Of a stretch of 64,000 nucleotides of DNA, positions 18,951-27,295 are shown piece by piece. The stretch is from positions 1 through 64,000 of the IMG/VR virus record IMGVR_UViG_3300032722_000006. One strand, 5' to 3'. The notes beneath the pieces were generated by a model. The model was not told the DNA's origin, made no database searches, and saw only the letters and a list, made by a program, of their open reading frames with translations. The number at the start of each line of letters is the position of its first letter. The stretch's first letter is position 1. Source of the stretch: a virus. The position numbers were made by a program, and so were the translations under genes.

Positions 18951-20102
18951 ATGAAGACGTATCCTCTTTTCAAGGTGCACGTTCCTTCCGATGAAGCGCT
19001 GGAGGAAATCAGGAAGGTTTTCACTTCAGGTTTCATCAATGAGGGTGAACAGGTCACGCAGTTGACGAAGGGATTGACCGGTCGACTATGTGCCAAGAAC
19101 GTCATTCTGACAAACAGTTGCACGTCAGCGTTGACAACTGCGCTGTACATGTGTGGCAAGGGTGAGGTCATCACCACACCAATGACGTGCGTCGCAACCA
19201 ACGCGCCTATCGAACACGTAGGATCAAAGATCGTGTGGGCAGACGTGGATCCTGACACGGGAATGATCGATCCACTCAGTGTCAGTGCTCGCATCACTCC
19301 TAGAACAAAGGCAGTCATTGCAGTCGCTTGGGCAGGTACACCTCCTGAGCTCGCCGACCTGTCAAGGGTATGCAAGGCAAACAATGTGAAGCTCATCCTG
19401 GATGCAGCACATGCGTTCGGGGCGTTCTACAGAGGGGCGCCGATCAATCGATGGGCGGACTTCACCTGCTACAGTTTCCAGGCGATCAAGCATTTCACGA
19501 CAGGAGATGGAGGTGCTCTCATCTGCCTCGATCCGAACGATCACCAACGTGCGAAGGCTCTGAAGTGGTTCGGTCTAGACCGTGATCGTACGAAGGATGA
19601 CAAGGGTAACTGGAAGGGTCAGCAGTGGGACGCTGACATTGAAGAGATTGGTTTCAAGTTCAACATGAATAATGTTTCTGCTGCGATCGGCCTTGCCAAC
19701 CTGAAGCATATCGATCACATCCTCGCGACTCATCGCTACAATGCAAGTGTGTATGATTCCTTATTCAAGGATTGTGCTACGGTCGTGACCACAAGAAAGA
19801 ACAATCTTCAATACTGGCATGACAGTGGCTCAGGATCAGCATGGGTGTACACCATGAAGGTTGTGCCTGAAAAGAGCTCTCGTCAAAGAGATGAATTGCT
19901 CAAGGCGTTAAATGAGGAAGGCATCATGGCTGGGCTCGTTCACGTGCCGAACGATACGTACACCTGTTTCAAGGACAGCGCTGTCGAACTTCCAGGTGTA
20001 AGGGAATTTTCATCACGTCAATTCTCGTTGCCATGTGGATGGTGGCTCGACCGCGAGGACATTGAGCACATTGCCACTCGTGTGAAGGAACTTACAAAGT
20101 GA
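18951..20102 (+). CDS. DegT/DnrJ/EryC1/StrS PLP-dependent sugar aminotransferase
   Basis: NSCTSAL, LDAAHAFG and SFQAIKHFTTGDGG (PLP Lys). Confidence 0.92.
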   Translation: MKTYPLFKVHVPSDEALEEIRKVFTSGFINEGEQVTQLTKGLTGRLCAKNVILTNSCTSALTTALYMCGKGEVITTPMTCVATNAPIEHVGSKIVWADVDPDTGMIDPLSVSARITPRTKAVIAVAWAGTPPELADLSRVCKANNVKLILDAAHAFGAFYRGAPINRWADFTCYSFQAIKHFTTGDGGALICLDPNDHQRAKALKWFGLDRDRTKDDKGNWKGQQWDADIEEIGFKFNMNNVSAAIGLANLKHIDHILATHRYNASVYDSLFKDCATVVTTRKNNLQYWHDSGSGSAWVYTMKVVPEKSSRQRDELLKALNEEGIMAGLVHVPNDTYTCFKDSAVELPGVREFSSRQFSLPCGWWLDREDIEHIATRVKELTK

Positions 20103-20662
20103 AGCGTCCCAGCACGCCTCCTGACATGCGCTTGCGCTGCGTGTATCCGGAGGATCATGAATGGCTCGTTGAACTACACAATGATCCCGTTGTGCTGCAC
20201 AACCTGACCGACCCTCGACCCATCACTCTCGAGAGTCACATGAAATGGTGGTCGACGATTGAAAAGAATCCCAAGGAAGATAGACTGATCTTCGTGAAGG
20301 ATTCAGTCGATGGAAACATGGGAACGCCCGTTGGGTTTGCAAAATTCTACTCAATCGACACGTACAATGGTACGTGCGTCCTCGGCGCGGACATTCATAA
20401 AGATTTTCGTGGTCAAGGCCTTGCGAAGTACATGTGGTCGAGGATGCTCGACTATGCGTTCGGATCATACGGTCTAATGCTTCAGCGCGCATCATTGACC
20501 ACTGCAACGTACAACGTAATAGGTCAAAAGGTGTACAATCACATAGGCTTCAAGGAAGAGGGACGTTTGGTTCACTCCTTGATGCGTGATGGCAAGTACT
20601 ATGATCAGATCTGCATGTATGCGCTCAGGAGTGACTGGCATCTCGCGGAGATAATGAAATGA
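20099..20662 (+). CDS. GNAT N-acetyltransferase (RimL/PseH-like)
   Basis: FRGQGLAK (acetyl-CoA motif A) and N...VYNHIGFKEEG. Confidence 0.85.
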   Translation: MKRPSTPPDMRLRCVYPEDHEWLVELHNDPVVLHNLTDPRPITLESHMKWWSTIEKNPKEDRLIFVKDSVDGNMGTPVGFAKFYSIDTYNGTCVLGADIHKDFRGQGLAKYMWSRMLDYAFGSYGLMLQRASLTTATYNVIGQKVYNHIGFKEEGRLVHSLMRDGKYYDQICMYALRSDWHLAEIMK

Positions 20663-21360
20663 CAAGGATCTTTGTCGGTACGATGTACTCTCAGGAAGGC
20701 GAGTTCGATGAGTGTGTCAAGCGTGTACGTCAGCAGGTTGATGTTGACGTAACGCACTTCGTCATCGCAGGGTATAACGAACAGGAAGCTCACAACGCAT
20801 TGTGGGATGAGTGGAACAAGTGTAAGAACGATCATGACCTATTCGTGAAGGTCGATGCTGACACTATCCTTATGAAATACAACACATTGTCATGTATCGC
20901 TGAACTGTTCAAGGCAAATCCACGCATCACAGGCCTGCAAGCACCGTTGTTTGACTACATGACAGATGCGCACATCAACGGTCTCAATGTTTTCAGCCCT
21001 AAGGTCACGTTCAGACAAACGCAGGATGGATTGTACTGTGATCGTGGCGTTGATATTGACCATGACATCGTCTTACGTGAAGCAGAACTTCCACAATCAC
21101 TAAGACCTGCGGGAACTCACTGTGCACATTGCACTGATCGACAAGCATTTCACTTCGGACTTCACAGGGCGTTGAAGAACCAGCAGGCAATCATCTTCAA
21201 AGTGACACAAGCATGGATGAAGCACCACGACAGACCCAGAGCGTTTGCCCTGTTAGGAGCGCATGCGAGGGATAAGTTCTCGAGTGGGCAAAACTTCAAC
21301 TACTGTGATGAACAATTCATTGCTGCGTTCGAAGATGCAAAGAAACAGTTCGAAGGGTGA
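20659..21360 (+). CDS. GT-A-like protein
   Basis: FVKVDAD (DxD). Coupled inside the glycan operon. Confidence 0.55.
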   Translation: MTRIFVGTMYSQEGEFDECVKRVRQQVDVDVTHFVIAGYNEQEAHNALWDEWNKCKNDHDLFVKVDADTILMKYNTLSCIAELFKANPRITGLQAPLFDYMTDAHINGLNVFSPKVTFRQTQDGLYCDRGVDIDHDIVLREAELPQSLRPAGTHCAHCTDRQAFHFGLHRALKNQQAIIFKVTQAWMKHHDRPRAFALLGAHARDKFSSGQNFNYCDEQFIAAFEDAKKQFEG

Positions 21361-21364
21361 CATC

Positions 21365-22636
21365 ATGAAGATCGGATTCTTAGGATTGGGAAAGCTGGGA
21401 CTTCCGTGCGCACTTGCAGTTGAGGCTGCAGGACACGAGGTGATGGGATACGATCCCAGTCCTACAGTTGTTGACATCATGAACACCCGGGTGTTGCCCT
21501 ATCAAGAGGTAGGTGCACAGGATCTACTCACGAACACGAAGATCAGGCTTGTGGGTGTAGCAGATCTTGTCGAATGTGACCTGATCTTTGTAGCAGTCCA
21601 GACACCCCATCACCCGAGGTACGAAGGTGTCAATCGTCTTCCTCAAAAACGTGTTGACTTTGACTACCGGTACCTGAACGCTGCAATGAAAAGCCTCTCC
21701 TCGGTTCTTTCATCGAATCAAAAGTACGGCGGTCCCACGGAAGCTAGAGTTGTGATCATCTCAACCGTGCTTCCTGGCACGGTTGATCGTGAGATCATGC
21801 CTCATCTTCATGGAGGAATCAAACTGTGCTACAACCCCTTCTTCATTGCAATGGGAACGACTATCCATGACTTCACAAACCCAGAATTCGTGTTGTTTGG
21901 TGTCGATGACGTGGAAACAGCTGATCTAGCTGAGAAGTTCTACAAGACGATCCACGATCGACCCTTTTACAGAACGAAGATCAGGAACGCTGAACTCATC
22001 AAGGTCGCGTACAACACGTTCATCAGCACAAAGATCGCATTTGTAAACACACTCATGGAGATCTGTCACAAGACTGGCGCGGACGTCGACGCAGTCACTG
22101 ACGCATTGAAACTAGCTGACGATCGCTTGATCAGCACAAAGTACCTCACTGCTGGCATGGGCGACGGTGGAGGGTGTCATCCTCGTGACAACATCGCACT
22201 ATCGTGGCTAGCGAGGAGACTCGACCTTGGGTACGATCTATTTGAGGCGATCATGATGCAGCGTGAACGTCAGACAGACTGGTTCGCAGACATCATTGAA
22301 GAGTACGTTCAAACGTACCCAGCATATCAGGTGTACATCATGGGAAAGTCGTTCAAGCCTGAGACAAACCTCACGGTAGGAAGTCCGTCTCGTTTGTTGG
22401 AGAGCGTACTTCGTGAGCGAAACATAAACGTAACCATGGTCGATCCGATCGTGACTGCAGGGGACAACGCTGACACGAGGAATGGATTCCACCCAGCGAT
22501 CTACTTCATCGGTACGAAGCACGCTCAGTTTGCAAAGAAACGTTATCCGAAAGGTAGCATCGTCATTGATCCACACAGGTACGTTCCCGATCAGGATGAC
22601 GTCGTCGTGATTCGTCTCGGCGAAGGCACAAAATGA
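21365..22636 (+). CDS. UDP-glucose/GDP-mannose dehydrogenase family, full length
   Basis: GLGKLG, AVQTP, STVLPGT, AELIK, GDGGGCHPRD and FKPET. Confidence 0.9.
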   Translation: MKIGFLGLGKLGLPCALAVEAAGHEVMGYDPSPTVVDIMNTRVLPYQEVGAQDLLTNTKIRLVGVADLVECDLIFVAVQTPHHPRYEGVNRLPQKRVDFDYRYLNAAMKSLSSVLSSNQKYGGPTEARVVIISTVLPGTVDREIMPHLHGGIKLCYNPFFIAMGTTIHDFTNPEFVLFGVDDVETADLAEKFYKTIHDRPFYRTKIRNAELIKVAYNTFISTKIAFVNTLMEICHKTGADVDAVTDALKLADDRLISTKYLTAGMGDGGGCHPRDNIALSWLARRLDLGYDLFEAIMMQRERQTDWFADIIEEYVQTYPAYQVYIMGKSFKPETNLTVGSPSRLLESVLRERNINVTMVDPIVTAGDNADTRNGFHPAIYFIGTKHAQFAKKRYPKGSIVIDPHRYVPDQDDVVVIRLGEGTK

Positions 22637-23337
22637 AAGGCGGGAAACTCATCAGCCTCCTCACGCCGTCCCGAGCACGCGTTGAGAGATTACAGGCATC
22701 GTTGAACTCGCTTGACGCAATGACGAAGAACCCTGAAGACATTGAGGTGATCATTCGGATCGATTCTGACGATGATGCAACCAGAATTCACCTCATGAAT
22801 GGATCAAAGCACTCGTTCAACACGACAGTACTCATCGGCGAGCGCGGGAAAGGTTACGCAGATCTTCACCTGATGTACAACGAGATGGCAAAGGTCGCAT
22901 CAGGACGTTTCATGATGATCTGGAATGATGATGCAATCATGACAACACGCAGGTGGGACGATCAAGTGCGTCAATTTGACGATGGAAAGCTGAAGTTCAT
23001 CAGATCATACGTCGATGACATCAGCGGCAAGCGCAACAAGGATTTCTTTCCGATCGTCCATCGTTCATACTACGATTGCCTGGGACACCTCTCGATGTCT
23101 GCGCACAATGACACGTACATCAACGAGCTGTTCTACAAGATGCCGCAATTGATCTGCGATACAAGCATTGTCGTGCGGCACGGTGCGCTTGAATTGAATG
23201 ATGACCTGACAATGAAGGAAGGCAAGGCATGTTGGCCCGAGACAAAGAGATTGTTCGGTGAACCTGAAGTGCAGAATAACCTTGCATCTGATGCGTTCAA
23301 CCTGAACTCGCTCTTGCTCTTACAAGAGAAGAAGTGA
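22633..23337 (+). CDS. GT-A-like (GT2-like) protein
   Basis: LLTPSRAR, IRIDSDD and IWNDDA. Confidence 0.65.
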   Translation: MKGGKLISLLTPSRARVERLQASLNSLDAMTKNPEDIEVIIRIDSDDDATRIHLMNGSKHSFNTTVLIGERGKGYADLHLMYNEMAKVASGRFMMIWNDDAIMTTRRWDDQVRQFDDGKLKFIRSYVDDISGKRNKDFFPIVHRSYYDCLGHLSMSAHNDTYINELFYKMPQLICDTSIVVRHGALELNDDLTMKEGKACWPETKRLFGEPEVQNNLASDAFNLNSLLLLQEKK

Positions 23338-23341
23338 CTGC

Positions 23342-23370
23342 TTGAACACCGTCAGAACATGTGATACCAT
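23342..23370 (+). promoter_or_regulatory. Leaderless-type promoter
   Basis: TTGAACA-16 nt-TACCAT with TG extension, ATG 6 nt downstream. Confidence 0.6.
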
Positions 23371-23376
23371 CTGCAC

Positions 23377-23535
23377 ATGTCAATCGACTTTATTGAGCGG
23401 GCTCGTGAAAAGCAAAACAAAGCTAAGCTTCGTGAACAAGAGGAGTTGCTTCAACATTGCGCAAACGCTCTCTTTGAAAACATCATCGATTGTGCTGTTC
23501 TAGATGAACAAAATGACACGTATCATTTTGCATGA
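23377..23535 (+). CDS. Small hypothetical protein (52 aa)
   Basis: MSIDFIERAREKQ...YHFA, directly after the promoter. Below the ORF-track cutoff. Confidence 0.45.
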   Translation: MSIDFIERAREKQNKAKLREQEELLQHCANALFENIIDCAVLDEQNDTYHFA

Positions 23536-23645
23536 GAGTTTATAAGGATAGCACGTTGCCGCATGAGAAGGCGAAAGTATCCGTCGTGTACGATGAAACG
23601 TGTTACGTCTGTGATGTGACAGTGCTCGACATCAACATCATCTGA
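23532..23645 (+). CDS. Small hypothetical protein (37 aa)
   Basis: ATGA-coupled to the previous ORF and fills the gap to the next gene. Confidence 0.35.
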   Translation: MRVYKDSTLPHEKAKVSVVYDETCYVCDVTVLDINII

Positions 23646-23654
23646 AAGGAAGAC

Positions 23655-24644
23655 ATGAAATCAATCGCAGTCATCGGTCAGGGGTTCGTAGGCGGTTCAC
23701 TCACGACCGTGTTCGCAGAGCGTGGTTTTGACGTGTACACCCTCGACAAGGCAGGCATCCGCAAGCCTGGTGGCAAGGCTCCTATTCTGCATGCCCGGGC
23801 TGATTCTCAGCCAGTTGAGGCCACAACGACCAAGGGTCTCGTCTATGCTATGCATGAATTGGGCACAAAATTCAGCGGCGTCTACTTCATCTGCTTGCCA
23901 ACGCCCATGTTCGAAGACGGAGAGGCTGACCTATCGATCGTCGAGAACGTGCTGTTTGAATTGTCTGATGCATGTTCCATGTTGCCGCACGGGACTGTCA
24001 GTATCGCTGTCATCAAATCGACAGTCCCGCCTGGAACTGTCGAACGTTGGAACTCTCATGAGCGCCTGGTTGGTTCAGGTCTTCACGTGGTCTTCAACCC
24101 TGAATTCTTGACTGAGGCGAACGCTCTCGATGACATGCGAAACCAGGATCGGATCATCCTCGGAGGTCCCAGGCCGTGGATCAACAACGTCAAGTTGCTG
24201 TTTCAGACTGCATTCAAGGGAGTTCCTATCGTCAAGACCAGTTCAACGACTGCCGAGATGGTGAAGTACACAATCAACTGCTTCCTGGCGACGAAGGTTG
24301 CATATGCGAATGAGGTCGCTCAGATCGTCGAAGCCTTGGACGACAAGGGACTGAACGTTGACTATGACAAGGTTGTCGAGTACGCAAAGCTCGACAAGCG
24401 TTTGGGTGACAGTCACTGGGCTGTGCCTGGGCCAGTGCCTACACATGACGGACGTTACGTCAGGGGATTCGGAGGACACTGTTTCCCGAAGGACCTCAAC
24501 GCGCTTGCCTACGTTGCGAAGGGCCTAGGCGTTGATACGAAAGTTCTCAATGGCGTCTGGGCAAAGAACCTCGAAGTCCGTCCTCCTGAGGATCGTGACT
24601 GGGAAAAGATGCAGGGTAGGGCAGTCAGCAAGAAGAACCGATGA
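23655..24644 (+). CDS. UDP-glucose/GDP-mannose dehydrogenase family, short form lacking the C-terminal domain
   Basis: GQGFVG, CLPTP, KSTVPPGT, NPEFL, AEMVK and GFGGHCFPKD. Confidence 0.9.
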   Translation: MKSIAVIGQGFVGGSLTTVFAERGFDVYTLDKAGIRKPGGKAPILHARADSQPVEATTTKGLVYAMHELGTKFSGVYFICLPTPMFEDGEADLSIVENVLFELSDACSMLPHGTVSIAVIKSTVPPGTVERWNSHERLVGSGLHVVFNPEFLTEANALDDMRNQDRIILGGPRPWINNVKLLFQTAFKGVPIVKTSSTTAEMVKYTINCFLATKVAYANEVAQIVEALDDKGLNVDYDKVVEYAKLDKRLGDSHWAVPGPVPTHDGRYVRGFGGHCFPKDLNALAYVAKGLGVDTKVLNGVWAKNLEVRPPEDRDWEKMQGRAVSKKNR

Positions 24645-25441
24645 AACGGCGCTGTGCCATCCTCGCGATAGTCAAAAATGAGGAAGTATTTCTACCTTTC
24701 TGGCTTGAGCACTACACGAGGTGTTCTGATCCACAGGATCTTTTCATCCACAGCGACGGATCAACGGACTCAACCGCAGGATTGTGCCGCGGGGTCGGGG
24801 TCAACTTCCACGAAATTCCACCTGGCACCGTGCCAGTGGGCAAGAACGATCGTTACATCAAGGGCGTGATCACACAATTGCTCGCGTCTTACGAATGTGT
24901 TCTATTCGCGGAGAGCCCTGATGACATAATCGTGCCGGGCCACGAGCACGGACACGACATGACCACTTACATTGATGAATTCCTCGAGAGTGCAGACCGC
25001 CATAGGTTCCTGACAGCTATCAACGTCATGCACACAGATGATGATGCAGCGTACGATCCGAAGAAGGGAACGTTGCTATCACAACGCACACGAGGCGTTC
25101 GTTGCCCGCAATACGACAACGCTTTCATGTGGAAAGACACTCCGACATGGGGACGTGGGTGGCACGACTTGGGAGGACCACGCATCGTAGGTGGAGGTGA
25201 CACGCAAGGTGAGAACAAGCGCCTCTACAACTTGCACATTCACTACGCCGATTTTGATCTATGTAACCGTCGACACCACGATCGTCAGAGGACATTCTCA
25301 CCCGAGCAGCTAAACGCGTATGAATCACGTACTGATCTCAGCCTACGTGGCCTGATTCGTCAGATGGCCGATCATCCAGAAAAACAATTTTCAGGCGGTT
25401 ACATTGTGAAACTTGAACCCTGGATGCAAAGAGTCATCTAG
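24641..25441 (+). CDS. Glycosyltransferase family 2-like (Glyco_tranf_2_4 type)
   Basis: AIVKNEEVFLPFWLEHY and HSDGSTD. Confidence 0.75.
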   Translation: MKRRCAILAIVKNEEVFLPFWLEHYTRCSDPQDLFIHSDGSTDSTAGLCRGVGVNFHEIPPGTVPVGKNDRYIKGVITQLLASYECVLFAESPDDIIVPGHEHGHDMTTYIDEFLESADRHRFLTAINVMHTDDDAAYDPKKGTLLSQRTRGVRCPQYDNAFMWKDTPTWGRGWHDLGGPRIVGGGDTQGENKRLYNLHIHYADFDLCNRRHHDRQRTFSPEQLNAYESRTDLSLRGLIRQMADHPEKQFSGGYIVKLEPWMQRVI

Positions 25442-25443
25442 AG

Positions 25444-25527
25444 TTGAACAAACCCTATTGAGAGAGATACAGTATTTGCAGATGGTGCTTCACCATCCCA
25501 ACGCTAAGCCCAGAGAGGGCTTGTTGG
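25444..25527 (+). promoter_or_regulatory. Promoter plus two-hairpin 5' leader of the NadM-Nudix gene
   Basis: TTGAACA-17 nt-TACAGT, then hairpins GATGGTG-ctt-CACCATC and CCAAC..AAGCCC-agaga-GGGCTT-GTTGG. Confidence 0.5.
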
Positions 25528-25546
25528 ATTCTACACGGAGAGTGTC

Positions 25547-26557
25547 ATGCATGAATTTGGCGTCGTCATCGGACGGTTTCAACCTTTTCACAATGCGCAC
25601 CTAGAATTGGTGCGTTTTGCGCTTAAGCAAGCGCAGAAGTTGGTCATCGTCCTTGGAAGCGCCAACGCGGCGCGGGACACGATGAACCCATGGTCCAGCA
25701 CTCAGCGCGCCGAAATGGTCCGAGCGTGCCTCTCTTCGGAGGAGAACCTTCGAGTCGAGTTCGTGCATGCCAAAGACTATCAGTCCAACAACATGTGGTT
25801 GGCATCCGTCCAGAGCGCGATCGATGATATTACGGGCGGGTCCTGTGACATCAAGCTGATTGGGCACAAGAAGGATGCAACGAGCTTCTACTTGAAGCTG
25901 TTCCCTCAATGGGGCGACTACGTCGAGTCGGGAGTCTCTTCGGAACTCGATGCGACGAGTGTCCGAGACAACCTGTTTCGCCAAGACAAGGTCGATGTCA
26001 AGAAGATGGTGCCGCTGCCCGTCTTCAACATCATCGAGGCCTGGATGGCGACCCCCGAGTTCCAGCGCCTCCACGGCGAGTATGAGGACATTCAGAACGA
26101 ACATGCGGCCTGGCTCGGAGCCCCCTACAAGCCCACCTTCGTCACCACCGATGCCATCGTCATCTGCAGCGGTCACGTCCTGGTCGGCCGCCACGGTGGC
26201 AAGTACGGCAAGGGGCTGATTGCCTGGCCAGGCGGCTACATCAACGCCGACGAGTACATCATCGACTCCTGCATCCGAGAACTTCGGGAAGAGACCAAGC
26301 TCAAGGTGACGACCGAGGACCTCAAGAAGTCCATCATCGACAAGGAAGTCTTTGACAGTCCTCGTCGCGACCAGCGCGGCCGCGTCATCACCCACGCGTT
26401 CTGTTTCAAGCTTCCGGACGGGGCTCTTCCCAAGGTCGTCGGTTCCGACGACATGGCGAAGGCCTGGTGGATGACGATCCACGAGTTTCACCGCCGAGAG
26501 GAAGAGTTCTTCGCAGACCACTACAAGATGGGCTGTCGCTTCGTAGACCGTTTCTGA
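25547..26557 (+). CDS. nadM: Bifunctional NMN adenylyltransferase / ADP-ribose pyrophosphatase (NadM-Nudix)
   Basis: GRFQPFHNAH, GSAN, NPW, ATSVR and Nudix box GGYINADE...RELREET. Confidence 0.92.
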   Translation: MHEFGVVIGRFQPFHNAHLELVRFALKQAQKLVIVLGSANAARDTMNPWSSTQRAEMVRACLSSEENLRVEFVHAKDYQSNNMWLASVQSAIDDITGGSCDIKLIGHKKDATSFYLKLFPQWGDYVESGVSSELDATSVRDNLFRQDKVDVKKMVPLPVFNIIEAWMATPEFQRLHGEYEDIQNEHAAWLGAPYKPTFVTTDAIVICSGHVLVGRHGGKYGKGLIAWPGGYINADEYIIDSCIRELREETKLKVTTEDLKKSIIDKEVFDSPRRDQRGRVITHAFCFKLPDGALPKVVGSDDMAKAWWMTIHEFHRREEEFFADHYKMGCRFVDRF

Positions 26558-26581
26558 GATGATTTCATTCGAGTGTACATG

Positions 26582-26611
26582 GTGCAACATTGTTGCCCTT
26601 GGTGATAGGAT
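26582..26611 (+). promoter_or_regulatory. Leaderless-type promoter of the nuclease/helicase island
   Basis: GTGCAAC-17 nt-TAGGAT, ATG 6 nt downstream. Confidence 0.5.
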
Positions 26612-26617
26612 GGAATC

Positions 26618-27295
26618 ATGAAAGTCAAGCTGAAACACCTCCGAACGTTGGACGTCGCTCAGGCCAACGTCTTGGAAAACGTAAAGTGCTACGACAGCCT
26701 GGACGAGGCGATACGCAGTTGGGGAGTGGACGGTGGTGAAGTCGGGTCTGAGACCTACAACGACCGGGTCGGTGCAGCATTCGAGGTGTTCACTGAGTTC
26801 TTTTACGCTCGTTACGGCACCGCGTCGAACCCGTTGCTCGGCGTCACCGATGTCTCTCACACTAGTCAAGATCCGATGCAGTGCGGTTTCGATTTCGATT
26901 ACACCGATTTGAGCGGTGACAGGGGCATCATCCAGTCGAAGTGGCGTAGTAACCCAATGCGCCTGTTCTCGCTTAGCGAGCTCGGCACCTTCATCGGTAT
27001 GGCTGACGGTGAGGGCATTCCGTCACATCGTCGCATCCTCTTCACTAACCTCGAGCATTCGCCTTCAGATTCCAGCAACGGTGTCTTTCATCGTGGCTTC
27101 AAGCATGCTCGAAACCAGATGCGAGTCATGGGACGGTCACAGCAGGTCGAGTTCATCGACCGCGACCCGAATTTCTGGCCCGATCTGTTGATTTCGGTGC
27201 TCGCTAGTGCCAAGCCTCCTAAGACCACTCGAGCGCCCAAGATGCGCCTCCACCAGCTCGAGGCATTCGAAGGCGTCCTGCAGGTGATGAAGTGA
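26618..27295 (+). CDS. Mrr-like restriction endonuclease domain followed by a helicase Q motif
   Basis: GAAFE...GFDF...IQSKWR (E-D-QxK). C-terminal MRLHQLEA. Confidence 0.7.
   Translation: MKVKLKHLRTLDVAQANVLENVKCYDSLDEAIRSWGVDGGEVGSETYNDRVGAAFEVFTEFFYARYGTASNPLLGVTDVSHTSQDPMQCGFDFDYTDLSGDRGIIQSKWRSNPMRLFSLSELGTFIGMADGEGIPSHRRILFTNLEHSPSDSSNGVFHRGFKHARNQMRVMGRSQQVEFIDRDPNFWPDLLISVLASAKPPKTTRAPKMRLHQLEAFEGVLQVMK

Noticed and set aside
8667-25441. Bacterial chromosomal O-antigen/capsule locus
   Set aside because: No wzx, wzy, wzz or ABC export genes. The island is contiguous with phage baseplate, late sigma and homing-endonuclease-like genes.
25601-26869. 422-aa minus-strand ORF
   Set aside because: Antisense shadow of the GC3-rich NadM-Nudix gene, with no recognisable motifs.
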